Source: Fidelibacterota bacterium
Lineage (GTDB): Bacteria > Fidelibacterota > Marinisomatia > Marinisomatales > JACNKV01
DNA length: 64,000 bases
Reading direction: 5' to 3'
Assembly (NCBI GenBank): GCA_014381855.1
Contig: JACNKV010000084.1
Coordinates: 22,341-86,340 of the forward strand
In this document: positions 28,417-39,028 of the stretch, piece by piece
Layout of the letters: the number at the start of each line of letters is the position of its first letter
Position numbering within the stretch: position 1 is the stretch's first letter
Program-made: the position numbers and the translations under genes
Notes under the pieces: generated by a model
The model's database searches: none
Told to the model about the DNA's origin: nothing
What the model saw: the letters and a program-made list of their open reading frames with translations, nothing else

Positions 28417-29586
28417 TCATTCCTTTAATTCTTCCTGTAAAATATTCACATACAGAGGTGTTTGTATTAATGCGTTATATGAAAACAGACATACGCCCGG
28501 GAACTGTGTCATGCGTGTGTACTTAATTTTATCCAGAGCATCAATTGCGGGTTGATTATAGGTTGAAACACCCATGATAATTTTGTTACGGTACTTTTTA
28601 GGGATATTATCATATATTATCTCGATATTAGAAGCAAAATCCCGAATAGACGTAGAATAATTCATTGGGATTAGCCAGTCCATATATCCCGCTGCAATCC
28701 ACACGTCCCATTCCTGAAAATACTGATTTCGTGCTGTATATAAATCCGGTTTTACAGAAGCAGAAAATATAACATTCGGACGAGATGTTTTAATTACTTC
28801 CTTCGTTTGTTTAACAAGATCTGTAACTGATTTTCTTCTGTAATCACTCCAATTCGTCATCTTCCGTGTAAATTGTGGATCGCCTTTAGAAATATTCGCA
28901 TTTACAGATAAAAATACTTTTGGGTCTTCTCCAGATTCATTTCGATACTCATCGACGGCTTCTATGTTTTTTCCATATTCAGAATCTTTATAACGAACAT
29001 AGTCTAAATGTAGTCCATCCACTTCATAATTTTCAAGGAGTTCTCGAAAGACAGATAATAAATACGGTGTTACCTCCGGATGATGAGGTGCCAAATATAT
29101 TCCTTCATCCCCGACACCTCTATTAGAATATAACTGAGCAAGGGTTTGGTTCTCTTTCTCTTCATCTAACCAATCATAATGTAAGTTTACAACATGTTTA
29201 TTTGACGTGGGCTCTGTAGCCGAGGACCAAGTAAGATAAACATTCACCCATGCATGGACATTTATCCCAGATTGATGTGCTTTCTCCAAGGCATAGGCAA
29301 GTGGGTCATAAAATTGGAGGTCCATCATCTCCGGTTCCGGTTCAAACGCGGAATGATAGTAAGCATCCCCACGACCACGTACTTGCAGAAATACATTATT
29401 AAAGTTGTTTTTTTTCGCAAAAAGAACCATATCATCAATGGATTTTTTAGATGTCATTGCATCCCTGACCACCCATAAACAACGATATTCAAATTTACTC
29501 GCATGTATCTCCGGGACATAACCCGCAAATAAAAAACAAAGGGCAACAATGGATGTTGCCCTAAATGGGAGTAATATTTGAGACAT
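28417..29586 (-). CDS. secreted glycoside-hydrolase-like family 10 (DUF187/YngK-like) protein
   Basis: 389 aa with a signal sequence. LWVVRDAMTSKKSIDDMVLFAKKNNFNNVFLQVRGRGDAYYHS and GLHLDYVRY resemble the GHL10 TIM-barrel family (recollection only, no search run). Confidence 0.6.
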   Translation of the reverse strand: MSQILLPFRATSIVALCFLFAGYVPEIHASKFEYRCLWVVRDAMTSKKSIDDMVLFAKKNNFNNVFLQVRGRGDAYYHSAFEPEPEMMDLQFYDPLAYALEKAHQSGINVHAWVNVYLTWSSATEPTSNKHVVNLHYDWLDEEKENQTLAQLYSNRGVGDEGIYLAPHHPEVTPYLLSVFRELLENYEVDGLHLDYVRYKDSEYGKNIEAVDEYRNESGEDPKVFLSVNANISKGDPQFTRKMTNWSDYRRKSVTDLVKQTKEVIKTSRPNVIFSASVKPDLYTARNQYFQEWDVWIAAGYMDWLIPMNYSTSIRDFASNIEIIYDNIPKKYRNKIIMGVSTYNQPAIDALDKIKYTRMTQFPGVCLFSYNALIQTPLYVNILQEELKE

Positions 29587-29613
29587 TAAGAAATTATTTA
29601 AATCGGACCCTGA

Positions 29614-30030
29614 TTATTTTTCTTCCTCAGGTGCCGATTCTTTTTTCTCCGATTTTTTTTCTATCGCTCCAACTAAATCAATTAATTCAATCATCGAAAC
29701 ATCTGCACGATCATTATCTCTGAAACCCAATTTTGTAATGCGTGTGTATCCGCCCGGACGATTTTCATATACGGGGGCAACGTCATGAAACAAGGCATGA
29801 ACCGTCTCTTTGTGTTTTATCTTACGAAGTACCAAACGCCGAGCATGAAGATCTCCTCGTTTAGCGAGGGTTATCATGGGTTCGATGAACCGTCTGAGTT
29901 CTTTTGCACGTGCATGCGTAGTTTTAATGCGTTTATGTTTAATTAGAGACATAGCCATATTACTCATCATTGCCTTTTTATGGCTTCGTGAGGTTAAGCC
30001 AAGTCTCCGTTTTGAATTCAAATGTCTCAT
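29614..30030 (-). CDS. rplQ: 50S ribosomal protein L17
   Basis: MRHLNSKRRLGLTSRSHKKAMMSNM...; last gene of the alpha operon. Confidence 0.95.
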   Translation of the reverse strand: MRHLNSKRRLGLTSRSHKKAMMSNMAMSLIKHKRIKTTHARAKELRRFIEPMITLAKRGDLHARRLVLRKIKHKETVHALFHDVAPVYENRPGGYTRITKLGFRDNDRADVSMIELIDLVGAIEKKSEKKESAPEEEK

Positions 30031-30039
30031 AAAATTATT

Positions 30040-31011
30040 TTACACTTCTTCTTTTAAGTATTGATCAACTTTCATCGCAAAGCTTAAACCCATCTCATCG
30101 AGTTTTTCAACAAGCTCGGTAAGGGATTTTCGTCCAAAGTTTTTGTACTTTAACATTTCGGCTTCATCTTTTGATACGAGTTCATGAATGTATTTTATTC
30201 CAGCAGCAACTAGACAATTATAACTACGTACTGAAAGCTCCATTTCATCAATCGTTGAATTTAACAAGTTTTGGATGGCAAGAGTTTCCTCATTGAAGTT
30301 CTCTGTTACTTCCAGCACTTCCGGATTTGCAATTGCTTCAACATACCTCAAATGTTCAACCAATACCGACGCAGAATAGCTTATGGCATCTTTCGGTGTA
30401 ATCGAACCATCTGTGGTAACATCGATATCTAATTCTTCCAGGTCTTCTTTGACGCCGGGTAAAGGATTTGAGTGATAGGTTACTTTTGTCACAGGATTGA
30501 AAATGCTGTCAATAGACACAACTCCAATCGGAGCATTTAACATTTCATTCTCCTCTGAGGGAACATATCCCTTACCAATTCCAAGCCATAACTCCATATC
30601 GATTGTTGCTTTATCGTTCAATTCTGTGATATAATGATCTGGATTTAGCACGGTAAATTGATCACTAACGTCTTGAATGTCTTTTGCAGTAAACAGTCCT
30701 TTTCCACTCAGCTTGATATGAATTTTATCGGGATTGTTTTCGAACAGTTTGAATCGGACACCTTTTAAATTCATCAGGATATCGGCAACATCTTCTTTCA
30801 CACCTTTTATGGTAGAAAATTCATGAAGAACTCCGTCCATTTTTACATTGGTGATTGCAGCACCCGGTATTTTGGTCATTAGGATTCGACGTAAAGCATT
30901 TCCTAAGGTGACTCCATATCCTCTTTCGAGTGGTTGAATATTAAACTTCCCGTACGTATCGGTCAGTGTTTTTTCATCTACTTGAATGTTTAATTCAATA
31001 TCTTTTATCAT
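30040..31011 (-). CDS. rpoA: DNA-directed RNA polymerase subunit alpha
   Basis: 323 aa with PLERGYGVTLGNALRRILM and C-terminal domain ELSVRSYNCL. Confidence 0.96.
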   Translation of the reverse strand: MIKDIELNIQVDEKTLTDTYGKFNIQPLERGYGVTLGNALRRILMTKIPGAAITNVKMDGVLHEFSTIKGVKEDVADILMNLKGVRFKLFENNPDKIHIKLSGKGLFTAKDIQDVSDQFTVLNPDHYITELNDKATIDMELWLGIGKGYVPSEENEMLNAPIGVVSIDSIFNPVTKVTYHSNPLPGVKEDLEELDIDVTTDGSITPKDAISYSASVLVEHLRYVEAIANPEVLEVTENFNEETLAIQNLLNSTIDEMELSVRSYNCLVAAGIKYIHELVSKDEAEMLKYKNFGRKSLTELVEKLDEMGLSFAMKVDQYLKEEV

Positions 31012-31033
31012 AAAATATTATCCTTGTTTCCTG

Positions 31034-31651
31034 TTATTTGGAATACAGTTCCACAACCAATTGTTCATTAATTGTTTGATTCATCATATCACGTTCGGGT
31101 ACTTCGAGAAAGATGCCTTTCATTTTTGCTTTATCCAGCTCCAGCCAAGGAAGATCAATATCACCTTTAATCCGTTTCATCGCATTTAAAATGATATCCA
31201 TTTTACGGCTCTTTTCACGAACCTGAATGGTATCGCCCGGCTTCACCAAAAAAGACGGAATGTTGACTCTCTGACCATTCACCAAATAGTGTCCATGGTT
31301 TACAAACTGACGCGCAGAGGGTCTGGTTGGAGCAAAGCCAAGTTGATAAACAACGTTATCCAGTCGGCATTCCAAAAGCTGTAGGAGATTCGTCCCTGTT
31401 TCCCCTTTCATCTTTTCTGCTTTTTTAAAGTAGTTTCTAAATTGTTTCTCCAGTACGCCAAACATCATCTTAATCTTTTGCTTTTCTTGCAATTGAATAC
31501 CATAATTTGATAATCTGCGACGACGACTCTGGCCATGTTGACCCGGGGCGTATGGTTTTTGATTTAATAATTTATCATACTTGGGATTGCCAAAAATATT
31601 CTCGCCGAATTTTCTGACTAGTTTCCCCTTCGATCCAATGTGTTTTGCCAT
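31034..31651 (-). CDS. rpsD: 30S ribosomal protein S4
   Basis: 205 aa with YGIQLQEKQK and the S4 domain RLDNVVYQLGFA. Confidence 0.95.
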   Translation of the reverse strand: MAKHIGSKGKLVRKFGENIFGNPKYDKLLNQKPYAPGQHGQSRRRRLSNYGIQLQEKQKIKMMFGVLEKQFRNYFKKAEKMKGETGTNLLQLLECRLDNVVYQLGFAPTRPSARQFVNHGHYLVNGQRVNIPSFLVKPGDTIQVREKSRKMDIILNAMKRIKGDIDLPWLELDKAKMKGIFLEVPERDMMNQTINEQLVVELYSK

Positions 31652-31672
31652 TCAGCCAGCTCCTAAATCTTA

Positions 31673-32065
31673 TTATACACGTCTTCTTTTTGGTGGGCGA
31701 CATCCGTTGTGCGGAAGAGGCGTTACATCCATGATAGACGTAACTAGTAAACCTGCCACACCTAATGCACGAATGGATGATTCACGACCGGGACCGGGGC
31801 CTTTTACCCGAACATCCACCGTCGTTAACCCCAATCCTATCGCTTCTTTTGCCGCATTTTCTGCTGCAATCGTTGCTGCATAGGCCGTACTTTTTCGCGA
31901 ACCCTTAAATCCCGATGTCCCTGCGGTAGCCCACGCAATTACATTTCCGAACTTATCAGTAAATGTAATATGTGTGTTGTTAAATGTTGCTTTTATATGC
32001 GCCACGCCAACAGGTTCAACAAACCTTTTCTTTTTCTTTTTGCGCTTATCTTTTTTTATAGCCAC
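31673..32065 (-). CDS. rpsK: 30S ribosomal protein S11
   Basis: [18 protein letters not shown] and [18 protein letters not shown]. Confidence 0.96.
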   Translation of the reverse strand: MAIKKDKRKKKKKRFVEPVGVAHIKATFNNTHITFTDKFGNVIAWATAGTSGFKGSRKSTAYAATIAAENAAKEAIGLGLTTVDVRVKGPGPGRESSIRALGVAGLLVTSIMDVTPLPHNGCRPPKRRRV

Positions 32066-32068
32066 TGA

Positions 32069-32458
32069 TTACCCTTTCTTTCCGACGATTGCTTTCCCCA
32101 TACCGACAGTGCGTTTTCTACCCTTACGTGTACGAGCATTTGTCTTCGTTCGCTGTCCACGTACGGGCATTCCTCGACGATGACGTAATCCACGATAACT
32201 TCCGATATCTTTTAACCGCTTAATGTTCATCGCTTTTTCAGATCTAATTTCTCCTTCAACCAGGATGCCTAAATCTGTTAACGCTTTACGAAGAGCTATC
32301 TCTTGGTCTTCCGTTAAATCTTTCACTCTGACGTCGTAGGAAACCCCGGCTTTATCACAAATCTTTTTTGCCAGCGTCAATCCTATCCCATGGATGTATC
32401 TCAGAGAATAGGCTACATGTTTTTCTTTTGGAATGTCTATACCCGCTATACGCGCCAC
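32069..32458 (-). CDS. rpsM: 30S ribosomal protein S13
   Basis: [26 protein letters not shown] and [23 protein letters not shown]. Confidence 0.96.
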   Translation of the reverse strand: MARIAGIDIPKEKHVAYSLRYIHGIGLTLAKKICDKAGVSYDVRVKDLTEDQEIALRKALTDLGILVEGEIRSEKAMNIKRLKDIGSYRGLRHRRGMPVRGQRTKTNARTRKGRKRTVGMGKAIVGKKG

Positions 32459-32467
32459 TATTTACTC

Positions 32468-32581
32468 CTACCCTTGTCTTTGTTTATGTTTTGGATTTTC
32501 ACAAATCACCCTCACAACACCTTTTCGTCGGATGATTTTACATTTACTGCATATTTTTTTTACTGATGGACGAACTTTCAT
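32468..32581 (-). CDS. rpmJ: 50S ribosomal protein L36 (zinc-binding C+ form)
   Basis: Below the ORF-track size cutoff. Manual translation gives [37 protein letters not shown] (37 aa). Lies between infA and rpsM. Confidence 0.92.
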   Translation of the reverse strand: MKVRPSVKKICSKCKIIRRKGVVRVICENPKHKQRQG

Positions 32582-32588
32582 TTTTCTC

Positions 32589-32816
32589 CTACTTTTGTCG
32601 ATAGACTATGCGACCGCGACTTAAATCATAGGGGGTTACTTCTAACGTTACAATATCCCCCGGTAAAATCTTGATGAAATGCATTCTCATTTTTCCACTG
32701 ACATGTGCTAATACTATATGTTTTGATTCGCCGATTTCAACTTCTACGCGAAACATCGCGTTCGGTAGCGTCTCTTTAATAACACCATCAATCGTAATTG
32801 GTTGTTCTTTAGCCAT
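32589..32816 (-). CDS. infA: translation initiation factor IF-1
   Basis: 75 aa with [16 protein letters not shown] and [15 protein letters not shown]. Confidence 0.96.
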   Translation of the reverse strand: MAKEQPITIDGVIKETLPNAMFRVEVEIGESKHIVLAHVSGKMRMHFIKILPGDIVTLEVTPYDLSRGRIVYRQK

Positions 32817-33567
32817 GACTATTTCCTTGACTCAGTATTTGGGCTCCTTCATTAAGAATGGCAATCGTATGTTCAAAATGAGCACTGGACATACCATCTT
32901 TTGTACGAACCGTCCAGCCGTCTTTATCGGTTACAATCTCTTTCGCCCCCATATTAATCATGGGTTCAATGGCAATACACATACCCGGTTTTAATTGATG
33001 CCCTTGTTTTGGTTCACCATAGTTGGGAACCTGTGGATCTTCGTGCAGATCTGTGCCAATACCGTGACCTACAAGTTCTCGAACAACAGAATACCCATAT
33101 CCTTCTACATACGTTTGAATTACGTGACCGATATCTGAAACATAATTTCCAACTTTTGCTGCCTGAATTCCAAGCATGAGTGCTTCATGTGTTACATCCA
33201 TTAACTGACGCTTATCGCCAGTGATCTCCCCGATGGCGAATGTTTTTGCGTGGTCACCATAATAGCCGTTCTTTTCCGCACCACAATCGATACTGACGAT
33301 TTGACCTTCTTCTAATTTTCGTGTTGTAGGTATCCCATGGACGACTTCGTCATCGATTGAAATACACAACGTAGAAGGAAATCCCAAATATCCTTTAAAG
33401 GCAGGTCGAGCTCCCATAGATATAATAAAATCCTCAGCGCGACGATCCAACTCTTTAAGTGAAATACCGGGTTTCATATACTTGGAAAGCATATTCAGTG
33501 TGTCTGCAACAATTTGACTGCTTTGAGCAATCAAACCAATTTCTCGTTTTGAACGAATCATAACCAT
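32809..33567 (-). CDS. map: type I methionine aminopeptidase
   Basis: 252 aa with metal-ligand blocks [27 protein letters not shown] and IAIEPM. Confidence 0.95.
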   Translation of the reverse strand: MVMIRSKREIGLIAQSSQIVADTLNMLSKYMKPGISLKELDRRAEDFIISMGARPAFKGYLGFPSTLCISIDDEVVHGIPTTRKLEEGQIVSIDCGAEKNGYYGDHAKTFAIGEITGDKRQLMDVTHEALMLGIQAAKVGNYVSDIGHVIQTYVEGYGYSVVRELVGHGIGTDLHEDPQVPNYGEPKQGHQLKPGMCIAIEPMINMGAKEIVTDKDGWTVRTKDGMSSAHFEHTIAILNEGAQILSQGNSHG

Positions 33568-34904
33568 TACATTCGTTTCCGTCCGCGAATTTTTCCTTTA
33601 GTCAAAAAACCATCATAATGGCGCATCATTAGATGCGATTCCATTTGCTGTAGCGTGTCAAGTGCAACCCCCACAATAATCAACAAACTTGTACCTCCAA
33701 AGAAAGAGGCTAAGTCGTATCCTATATCCATAGCATTCATTAAGATGTACGGGAAAATAGCAACAAACGCTAGAGAAAAAGAGCCGGGAAGTGTAACCCG
33801 AGTTAAAATGTTGTCAATAAATTCTGCGGTTTTCTTTCCGGGGCGTACACCCGGGATAAACCCACCTTGTTGTTTCATCGTGGTAGAAACTTGAACGGGG
33901 TCAAAGGCAATGGCGGTATAAAAATATGTGAAAAATACAATCATAGACCCAAATACGATCCAATAAAAAGGATGGTCAAAAGAAAACCAACGCATCACAG
34001 ATTGCATAAAATCACTATTACTAAAAAACGTGGCAATCGTACTGGGAATAAACATAATAGACTGTGCAAAAATAATGGGCATCACACCGGCGGTATTCAC
34101 TTTTAATGGTATATGTGTTGATTGACCACCATATACCTTTCTACCTACTACCCTTTTGGCATATTGGACAGGTATTTTCCTTGTCCCCTGTGTCAAAAGC
34201 ACCACAAATCCGACAATCACAAACATTAACGCAATCAAAATGACTTCAGCCAGTATACCACGAATCCCTTCTTGGATGTAATTAATTTCACTCAGAACCA
34301 CATTCGGGAATCGTGATACAATCCCAATCATGATAATAAGGGAGATACCATTCCCTAAGCCACGTTCAGTGATTCGTTCGCCCAGCCACATCATCAGGAT
34401 GACACCGGTGACTAAACTGACTATGGCAGTAAACTTAAACATAAGCCCGGGATGAGGGATGACATGTGCAATTCCGCCACCAATATTTGCTGTCATACTT
34501 TCTAAAAATATCGTGACCCCATATGCCTGCATCGTTCCAATCAGCACCGTACCATATCGAGTAATCTGTGTAATTTTCTTTCTTCCTGCTTCCCCTTCTT
34601 TCTGTAATCGTTGAAAGTAAGGAACGACTGCACCCATCAGCTGAATAATAATCGAAGCAGAGATATAGGGCATAATTCCTAACGCAAACAGAGTTGCTTT
34701 CTTAAACGCTCCTCCGGCAAATAGATCATAAAGTCCGAACAGTGTGTTCTGAAAGTTTTGAATTGCTGCACCCAGTGCTTCACCATCGACTCCGGGTATG
34801 GGGATATGAGCACCAATCCGAACGATGATTAATATTCCAAGGGTGAATAATATCCGATTTCTGAGTTCCGGAATGCTAAAAATATTTCGTATTTTTTCAA
34901 TCAC
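33567..34904 (-). CDS. secY: preprotein translocase subunit SecY
   Basis: 445 aa, 10-TM pattern, with LGIMPYISASIIIQLM and GNGISLIIM. Confidence 0.96.
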   Translation of the reverse strand: MIEKIRNIFSIPELRNRILFTLGILIIVRIGAHIPIPGVDGEALGAAIQNFQNTLFGLYDLFAGGAFKKATLFALGIMPYISASIIIQLMGAVVPYFQRLQKEGEAGRKKITQITRYGTVLIGTMQAYGVTIFLESMTANIGGGIAHVIPHPGLMFKFTAIVSLVTGVILMMWLGERITERGLGNGISLIIMIGIVSRFPNVVLSEINYIQEGIRGILAEVILIALMFVIVGFVVLLTQGTRKIPVQYAKRVVGRKVYGGQSTHIPLKVNTAGVMPIIFAQSIMFIPSTIATFFSNSDFMQSVMRWFSFDHPFYWIVFGSMIVFFTYFYTAIAFDPVQVSTTMKQQGGFIPGVRPGKKTAEFIDNILTRVTLPGSFSLAFVAIFPYILMNAMDIGYDLASFFGGTSLLIIVGVALDTLQQMESHLMMRHYDGFLTKGKIRGRKRM

Positions 34905-35341
34905 AGGGTTGTTGCAGAGCCTCCTGCCTTTTCTATTTTTTCTTTTGCGGTTTGACTAAAAGCTGATGCGGATACGTTTAAAGATTTCGTCAGTTCTCCA
35001 TTCCCCAATATTTTAATCGGTTTGAATGCAGAACGTACCAATCCTTTTTCTTTCAGAATTTCCGAAGTAATTGTCTCAACGTCAAGTTCTTCTAAATCAT
35101 TTAGATTTACAATCTGATATTCTTTTCTGAATAAATAGTTTGAAAAACCACGTTTCGGAACACGTCTCATCAATGGCATTTGTCCACCTTCAAACCATGG
35201 GCGATGTTTATGACCGCTTCGTTGCCCTGCACCTTTATGACCTCGCCCTGCGGTATGCCCAAGGCCCGAACCCGTACCACGACCTTTTCTCTTCGTATTC
35301 TTTTTGGAACCTTTTGGGGGTTGTAATTCACCTAATTTCAT
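34901..35341 (-). CDS. rplO: 50S ribosomal protein L15
   Basis: KRKGRGTGSGLGHTAGRGHKG and FEGGQMPLMRRVPKRGF. Confidence 0.95.
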   Translation of the reverse strand: MKLGELQPPKGSKKNTKRKGRGTGSGLGHTAGRGHKGAGQRSGHKHRPWFEGGQMPLMRRVPKRGFSNYLFRKEYQIVNLNDLEELDVETITSEILKEKGLVRSAFKPIKILGNGELTKSLNVSASAFSQTAKEKIEKAGGSATTL

Positions 35342-35532
35342 CCCACTTCCTCCACGCTCAACATATATTCTATTTTTTTTATCATACCACGAATCGCCGG
35401 ATTATCTTTTTGTACAACCGATTGATGCATTTTTCTTAATCCCAGAGCATCTAGTGTCGCATGTGCCTTCGGTTTATAACCGATTCGACTCCGGATTTGT
35501 GTAATTTTTAATGTTTTCTGTTTTTTACCCAT
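35338..35532 (-). CDS. rpmD: 50S ribosomal protein L30
   Basis: 64 aa with LKITQIRSRIGYKPKAHATLDALGL. Sits between rpsE and rplO. Confidence 0.9.
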   Translation of the reverse strand: MGKKQKTLKITQIRSRIGYKPKAHATLDALGLRKMHQSVVQKDNPAIRGMIKKIEYMLSVEEVG

Positions 35533-35534
35533 GA

Positions 35535-36038
35535 TTAATTAAATATTTGTTTGATGGTTACACCTTTTTTGTTGGCTATAGACACCGCATCTTGTAGGCT
35601 GGTTAATGCTTGCAGTGTGGCTCTGACAACATTTAATGGATTATTTGAACCAATTATTTTTGTAAGGATATTTGAAATACCTGACATTTCCATCACGGCA
35701 CGAACGGCAGCCCCTGCAATGATACCTGTACCGGGAGCAGCAGGTTTAAGCATCACATTACTGGCACCAAATTTCCCAATTATTTTATGAGGGATTGTAC
35801 CATTGATGACAGATACACGAAAAATATTTTGCTTCCCATTCTCTTTTGCCTTTGAGATGGCGGCAACAACTTCATTCGCTTTACCCAAGCCCATACCAAC
35901 ATGACCTTTCCCGTCTCCTACAACGACTAATGCAGAAAAACGAAATCGTTTTCCCCTTGAAGTCACTTTAGCAATACGATTAATTCGTACAACAATTTCT
36001 TCTTTCAGATCCAGTTCAGCCGGATTTATACTCGCCAA
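35535..36038 (-). CDS. rpsE: 30S ribosomal protein S5
   Basis: RINRIAKVTSRGKRFRFSALVVVGDGKGHVGMGLGKA. Confidence 0.96.
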   Translation of the reverse strand: MASINPAELDLKEEIVVRINRIAKVTSRGKRFRFSALVVVGDGKGHVGMGLGKANEVVAAISKAKENGKQNIFRVSVINGTIPHKIIGKFGASNVMLKPAAPGTGIIAGAAVRAVMEMSGISNILTKIIGSNNPLNVVRATLQALTSLQDAVSIANKKGVTIKQIFN

Positions 36039-36054
36039 TTCGTTACTCCCTTTT

Positions 36055-36426
36055 TTAAATTTTCAATCCACCTTCACGTGCTGCATCAGCTAAGGCTTTG
36101 ATACGGCCACTGTATGGATTTCCGTTTCGGTCAAAAACGACCTGTTTAATATCTAGTTTTAAAGCACGTTCTGCTATCGCACTTCCAACATGTTTACTTG
36201 CTTCAGTTTTTGTGCTGTTTTTCTTTAACTTACCGGAAATTTCATTTTCATACGTAGAAGCAGAGACCAGCGTAATACTTTTGCGGTCATCGATAATCTG
36301 AGCCTCGATGTGTTTATTACTTCGAAAAATGCAAAGCCTCGACAGCGTAGGATGGTTAAATGCAGTTTTCTTACTCCGATTCCGACGTCGTTTAAACCGA
36401 CTAATATCTTGGTTCAATTTACTCAT
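36055..36426 (-). CDS. rplR: 50S ribosomal protein L18
   Basis: LCIFRSNKHIEAQIIDD and FDRNGNPYSGRIKALADAAREGGL. Confidence 0.95.
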   Translation of the reverse strand: MSKLNQDISRFKRRRNRSKKTAFNHPTLSRLCIFRSNKHIEAQIIDDRKSITLVSASTYENEISGKLKKNSTKTEASKHVGSAIAERALKLDIKQVVFDRNGNPYSGRIKALADAAREGGLKI

Positions 36427-36431
36427 AATGT

Positions 36432-36968
36432 TTATCCACCAACAGTTTTTCCTTGTTTCTGACGAACATATTCACCTTTATAACGAACCCCTTTTCCCTT
36501 ATAGGGCTCAGGCTTGCGAAAGGATCGTATCTTTGCAGCAACTTCTCCGACGAGTTGTTTATCTATACCCTCTACAGTGATTTCTGTTCGCTTTGCACTG
36601 ATGGTAATCCCTTTCGGTGGTTCAAAAATAATATCATGTGAATATCCCAATGCTAACTTCAACCGAATTCCGTCCATCTGTGCTTGATATCCAACTCCAA
36701 CCAATGTCAGCTCTTTTTTATATCCCTGGGAGACACCGATAACGGCATTCGACATAAGTTGACGTAGGGTACCATGGTTTGCACGAAACTTCCTTTCGTC
36801 CGAAGATCGCTCTACCAGCAAGGTGCCTTCAGTATCTTTGACTGTTATTCCCGAAATCACAGGGACAGATAATTCACCTTTAGGACCTTTGACAGAGGCA
36901 ACCTCATTTTGAAACATCACGGTGACACCGTCAGGTATTTGGATTGGTTTTTTACCGATTCTTGACAT
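36432..36968 (-). CDS. rplF: 50S ribosomal protein L6
   Basis: MSRIGKKPIQIPDGV and PEPYKGKGVRYKGE. Confidence 0.96.
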   Translation of the reverse strand: MSRIGKKPIQIPDGVTVMFQNEVASVKGPKGELSVPVISGITVKDTEGTLLVERSSDERKFRANHGTLRQLMSNAVIGVSQGYKKELTLVGVGYQAQMDGIRLKLALGYSHDIIFEPPKGITISAKRTEITVEGIDKQLVGEVAAKIRSFRKPEPYKGKGVRYKGEYVRQKQGKTVGG

Positions 36969-36974
36969 AATTCT

Positions 36975-37373
36975 TTACCACACGTTGCAAATTAATTCAC
37001 CACCAACGTTCATTTTTTTGGCGGTTTTGTTTGAAATAACTCCTTTAGGTGTAGACAGAATGGAAATACCCAATCCGTCCAGCACTCTAGGAATGCTCTT
37101 TGAATCTACGTAAACACGACACCCCGGTTTACTGACTCTTTCTATTGTTGTAATCACAGGTTTATTGTGATAATCATATTTAAGAAAGACACGAATCGTT
37201 TCTTTATTTCCATCGGCGATAAAAATAAAATCTTTGATATAGTGATCTTCTTTTAACACGTAAACTATTCGCTTTTTCATATTGGATGCTGGAATATCTA
37301 CCCACCGTTTTCCAACAGCAAGACCATTTCGTATTCGCGTTAACAAATCAGCGATTGGATCAGTCATTGACAT
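36975..37373 (-). CDS. rpsH: 30S ribosomal protein S8
   Basis: DPIADLLTRIRNG and GISILSTPKGVIS. Confidence 0.96.
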   Translation of the reverse strand: MSMTDPIADLLTRIRNGLAVGKRWVDIPASNMKKRIVYVLKEDHYIKDFIFIADGNKETIRVFLKYDYHNKPVITTIERVSKPGCRVYVDSKSIPRVLDGLGISILSTPKGVISNKTAKKMNVGGELICNVW

Positions 37374-37388
37374 AATTTATAATTCTCC

Positions 37389-37574
37389 TTACCAACTTGC
37401 TTTTGTTACACCGGGGATTTCGCCCTTCAGGGCCATTTCCCGAAAACATATTCTACAGAGCCCAAACCGTCTCATATACGCATGAGGTCGCCCGCAATTT
37501 GAACATCGATGGTAACCTCTTGTTGAAAATTTAGGCTTCCTTTTTGCCTTAACAATCAAGGATCGTTTTGCCAT
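37389..37574 (-). CDS. rpsN: 30S ribosomal protein S14, short zinc-ribbon (type Z) form
   Basis: 61 aa with [23 protein letters not shown] (CxxC...CxxC). Confidence 0.94.
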   Translation of the reverse strand: MAKRSLIVKAKRKPKFSTRGYHRCSNCGRPHAYMRRFGLCRICFREMALKGEIPGVTKASW

Positions 37575-38341
37575 CAGTTAACCTCCGCTCCTTTAGTCTT
37601 TTTAGGTTTTTCTCTTAACGGAAACCCAAACTCTTTGAGTAACCAATAACCCTCATCATTACTTTTTGCTGTTGTGGTGATTGCAATATCTAATCCGCGA
37701 ATTGCATCAATTTTATCGTAATTAATTTCTGTGAACACAATTTGTTCTTTCACGCCAAAATTGTAATTCCCGCGACCGTCAAAGGATTTAAACGAAAGAC
37801 CTGTAAAGTCCCTAGTACGAGGTAATGCAATTGAAATTAATCTCTGAAAAAATTCGTACATTTTATTCGCTCTCAACGTCACCCGTACTCCCACCGGATA
37901 TCCACGTCGTATCTTAAAATTAGACACGTCCTTTTTTGCATAGGTGATCACACTCTTTTGTCCGGAAATCAACGTCAGTTCATTTTGCGCACTATCTAAA
38001 GCTTTTTGATTTTCCTTTCCGTCACCGACACCCATATTCAATGTGATTTTTGTAAATTTCGGAACTTCCATCGGACTTTCATATTTAAATCGCTCCATTA
38101 ATTTTTTCGTGATATTTTCTTGATAATATTTTTTTATTTCAGGGATATACTCTGTTTTACGAGTTGAATTTTTCGTCGTTTTTTTAACACTCGTTTTTGC
38201 AACTGGTTTTGCTGCAGATTTTTCCGTTGATTTTTTCACCGTCTTCGTTTGTGCTTTCTTTTTAGGTGACGCTTTACCAGCTGTTTTTTTCACAGTCGGT
38301 GCAGGTGTCTTTTTCTTTTCTATTTTCTTTTTTTCAGTCAT
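37574..38341 (-). CDS. rplE: 50S ribosomal protein L5 with an N-terminal Lys/Thr/Ala-rich extension of about 75 aa
   Basis: The C-terminal ~180 aa are canonical L5 ([25 protein letters not shown] and [12 protein letters not shown]-like block). ATG 38341 forms an ATGA overlap with the rplX stop. No stop codon and no alternative ATG lies near the canonical L5 start. Confidence 0.88.
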   Translation of the reverse strand: MTEKKKIEKKKTPAPTVKKTAGKASPKKKAQTKTVKKSTEKSAAKPVAKTSVKKTTKNSTRKTEYIPEIKKYYQENITKKLMERFKYESPMEVPKFTKITLNMGVGDGKENQKALDSAQNELTLISGQKSVITYAKKDVSNFKIRRGYPVGVRVTLRANKMYEFFQRLISIALPRTRDFTGLSFKSFDGRGNYNFGVKEQIVFTEINYDKIDAIRGLDIAITTTAKSNDEGYWLLKEFGFPLREKPKKTKGAEVN

Positions 38342-38652
38342 GACGATACAACAATTTCTTCACCGGTTTTTTTTGAAATACGTACTTTGGAACCATCCTC
38401 AAGAATTTTATACCCCACACGCGTTGGTTTTCCACCATGCATGATTACGATATTGGAGATATGAATAGATGCTTCTTTCTCAGCGAAACCACCAGATGGA
38501 TTATCTTGCGTCGGGCGGATTGCTCTTTTTATAAAATTAACTCCTTCGATGATAACGCGATTCGTTTTAGGAGTTACACGAAGAACTTTTCCCTCTTTGC
38601 CTTTGTGATTTCCACTGTTTACACGGACAGTCATCCCTTTTTTGATTCGCAT
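38338..38652 (-). CDS. rplX: 50S ribosomal protein L24
   Basis: [24 protein letters not shown] with a KOW motif. Confidence 0.95.
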   Translation of the reverse strand: MRIKKGMTVRVNSGNHKGKEGKVLRVTPKTNRVIIEGVNFIKRAIRPTQDNPSGGFAEKEASIHISNIVIMHGGKPTRVGYKILEDGSKVRISKKTGEEIVVSS

Positions 38653-38653
38653 A

Positions 38654-39022
38654 CTACAATACCTCCGGAGCCATCGAAATAATTTTCATATAACCGCTTT
38701 CACGAAGTTCACGGGCAACAGGTCCAAATATTCTGGTTCCGCGAGGATCCCCGCCTTCGGTAAGCAATACAGCCGCATTATCGTCAAACCGAATATAGGT
38801 TCCATCTTGACGACGTACTTCTTTCCTTGTACGCACGATAACTGCACGAGTTACTTGCCCTTTTTTAACCATTCCGCCGGGTATGGCTTTTTTCACAGTC
38901 ACCACAACAACATCTCCAAGAGATGCATATCTGCGGCGACTCCCACCCAGCACTTTGAAACACAGGACTTCTTTTGCTCCTGTATTATCAGCTACTTTTA
39001 ATCTTGTTTCTTGTTGAATCAC
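38654..39022 (-). CDS. rplN: 50S ribosomal protein L14
   Basis: [28 protein letters not shown]. Confidence 0.97.
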   Translation of the reverse strand: MIQQETRLKVADNTGAKEVLCFKVLGGSRRRYASLGDVVVVTVKKAIPGGMVKKGQVTRAVIVRTRKEVRRQDGTYIRFDDNAAVLLTEGGDPRGTRIFGPVARELRESGYMKIISMAPEVL

Positions 39023-39028
39023 GACATT

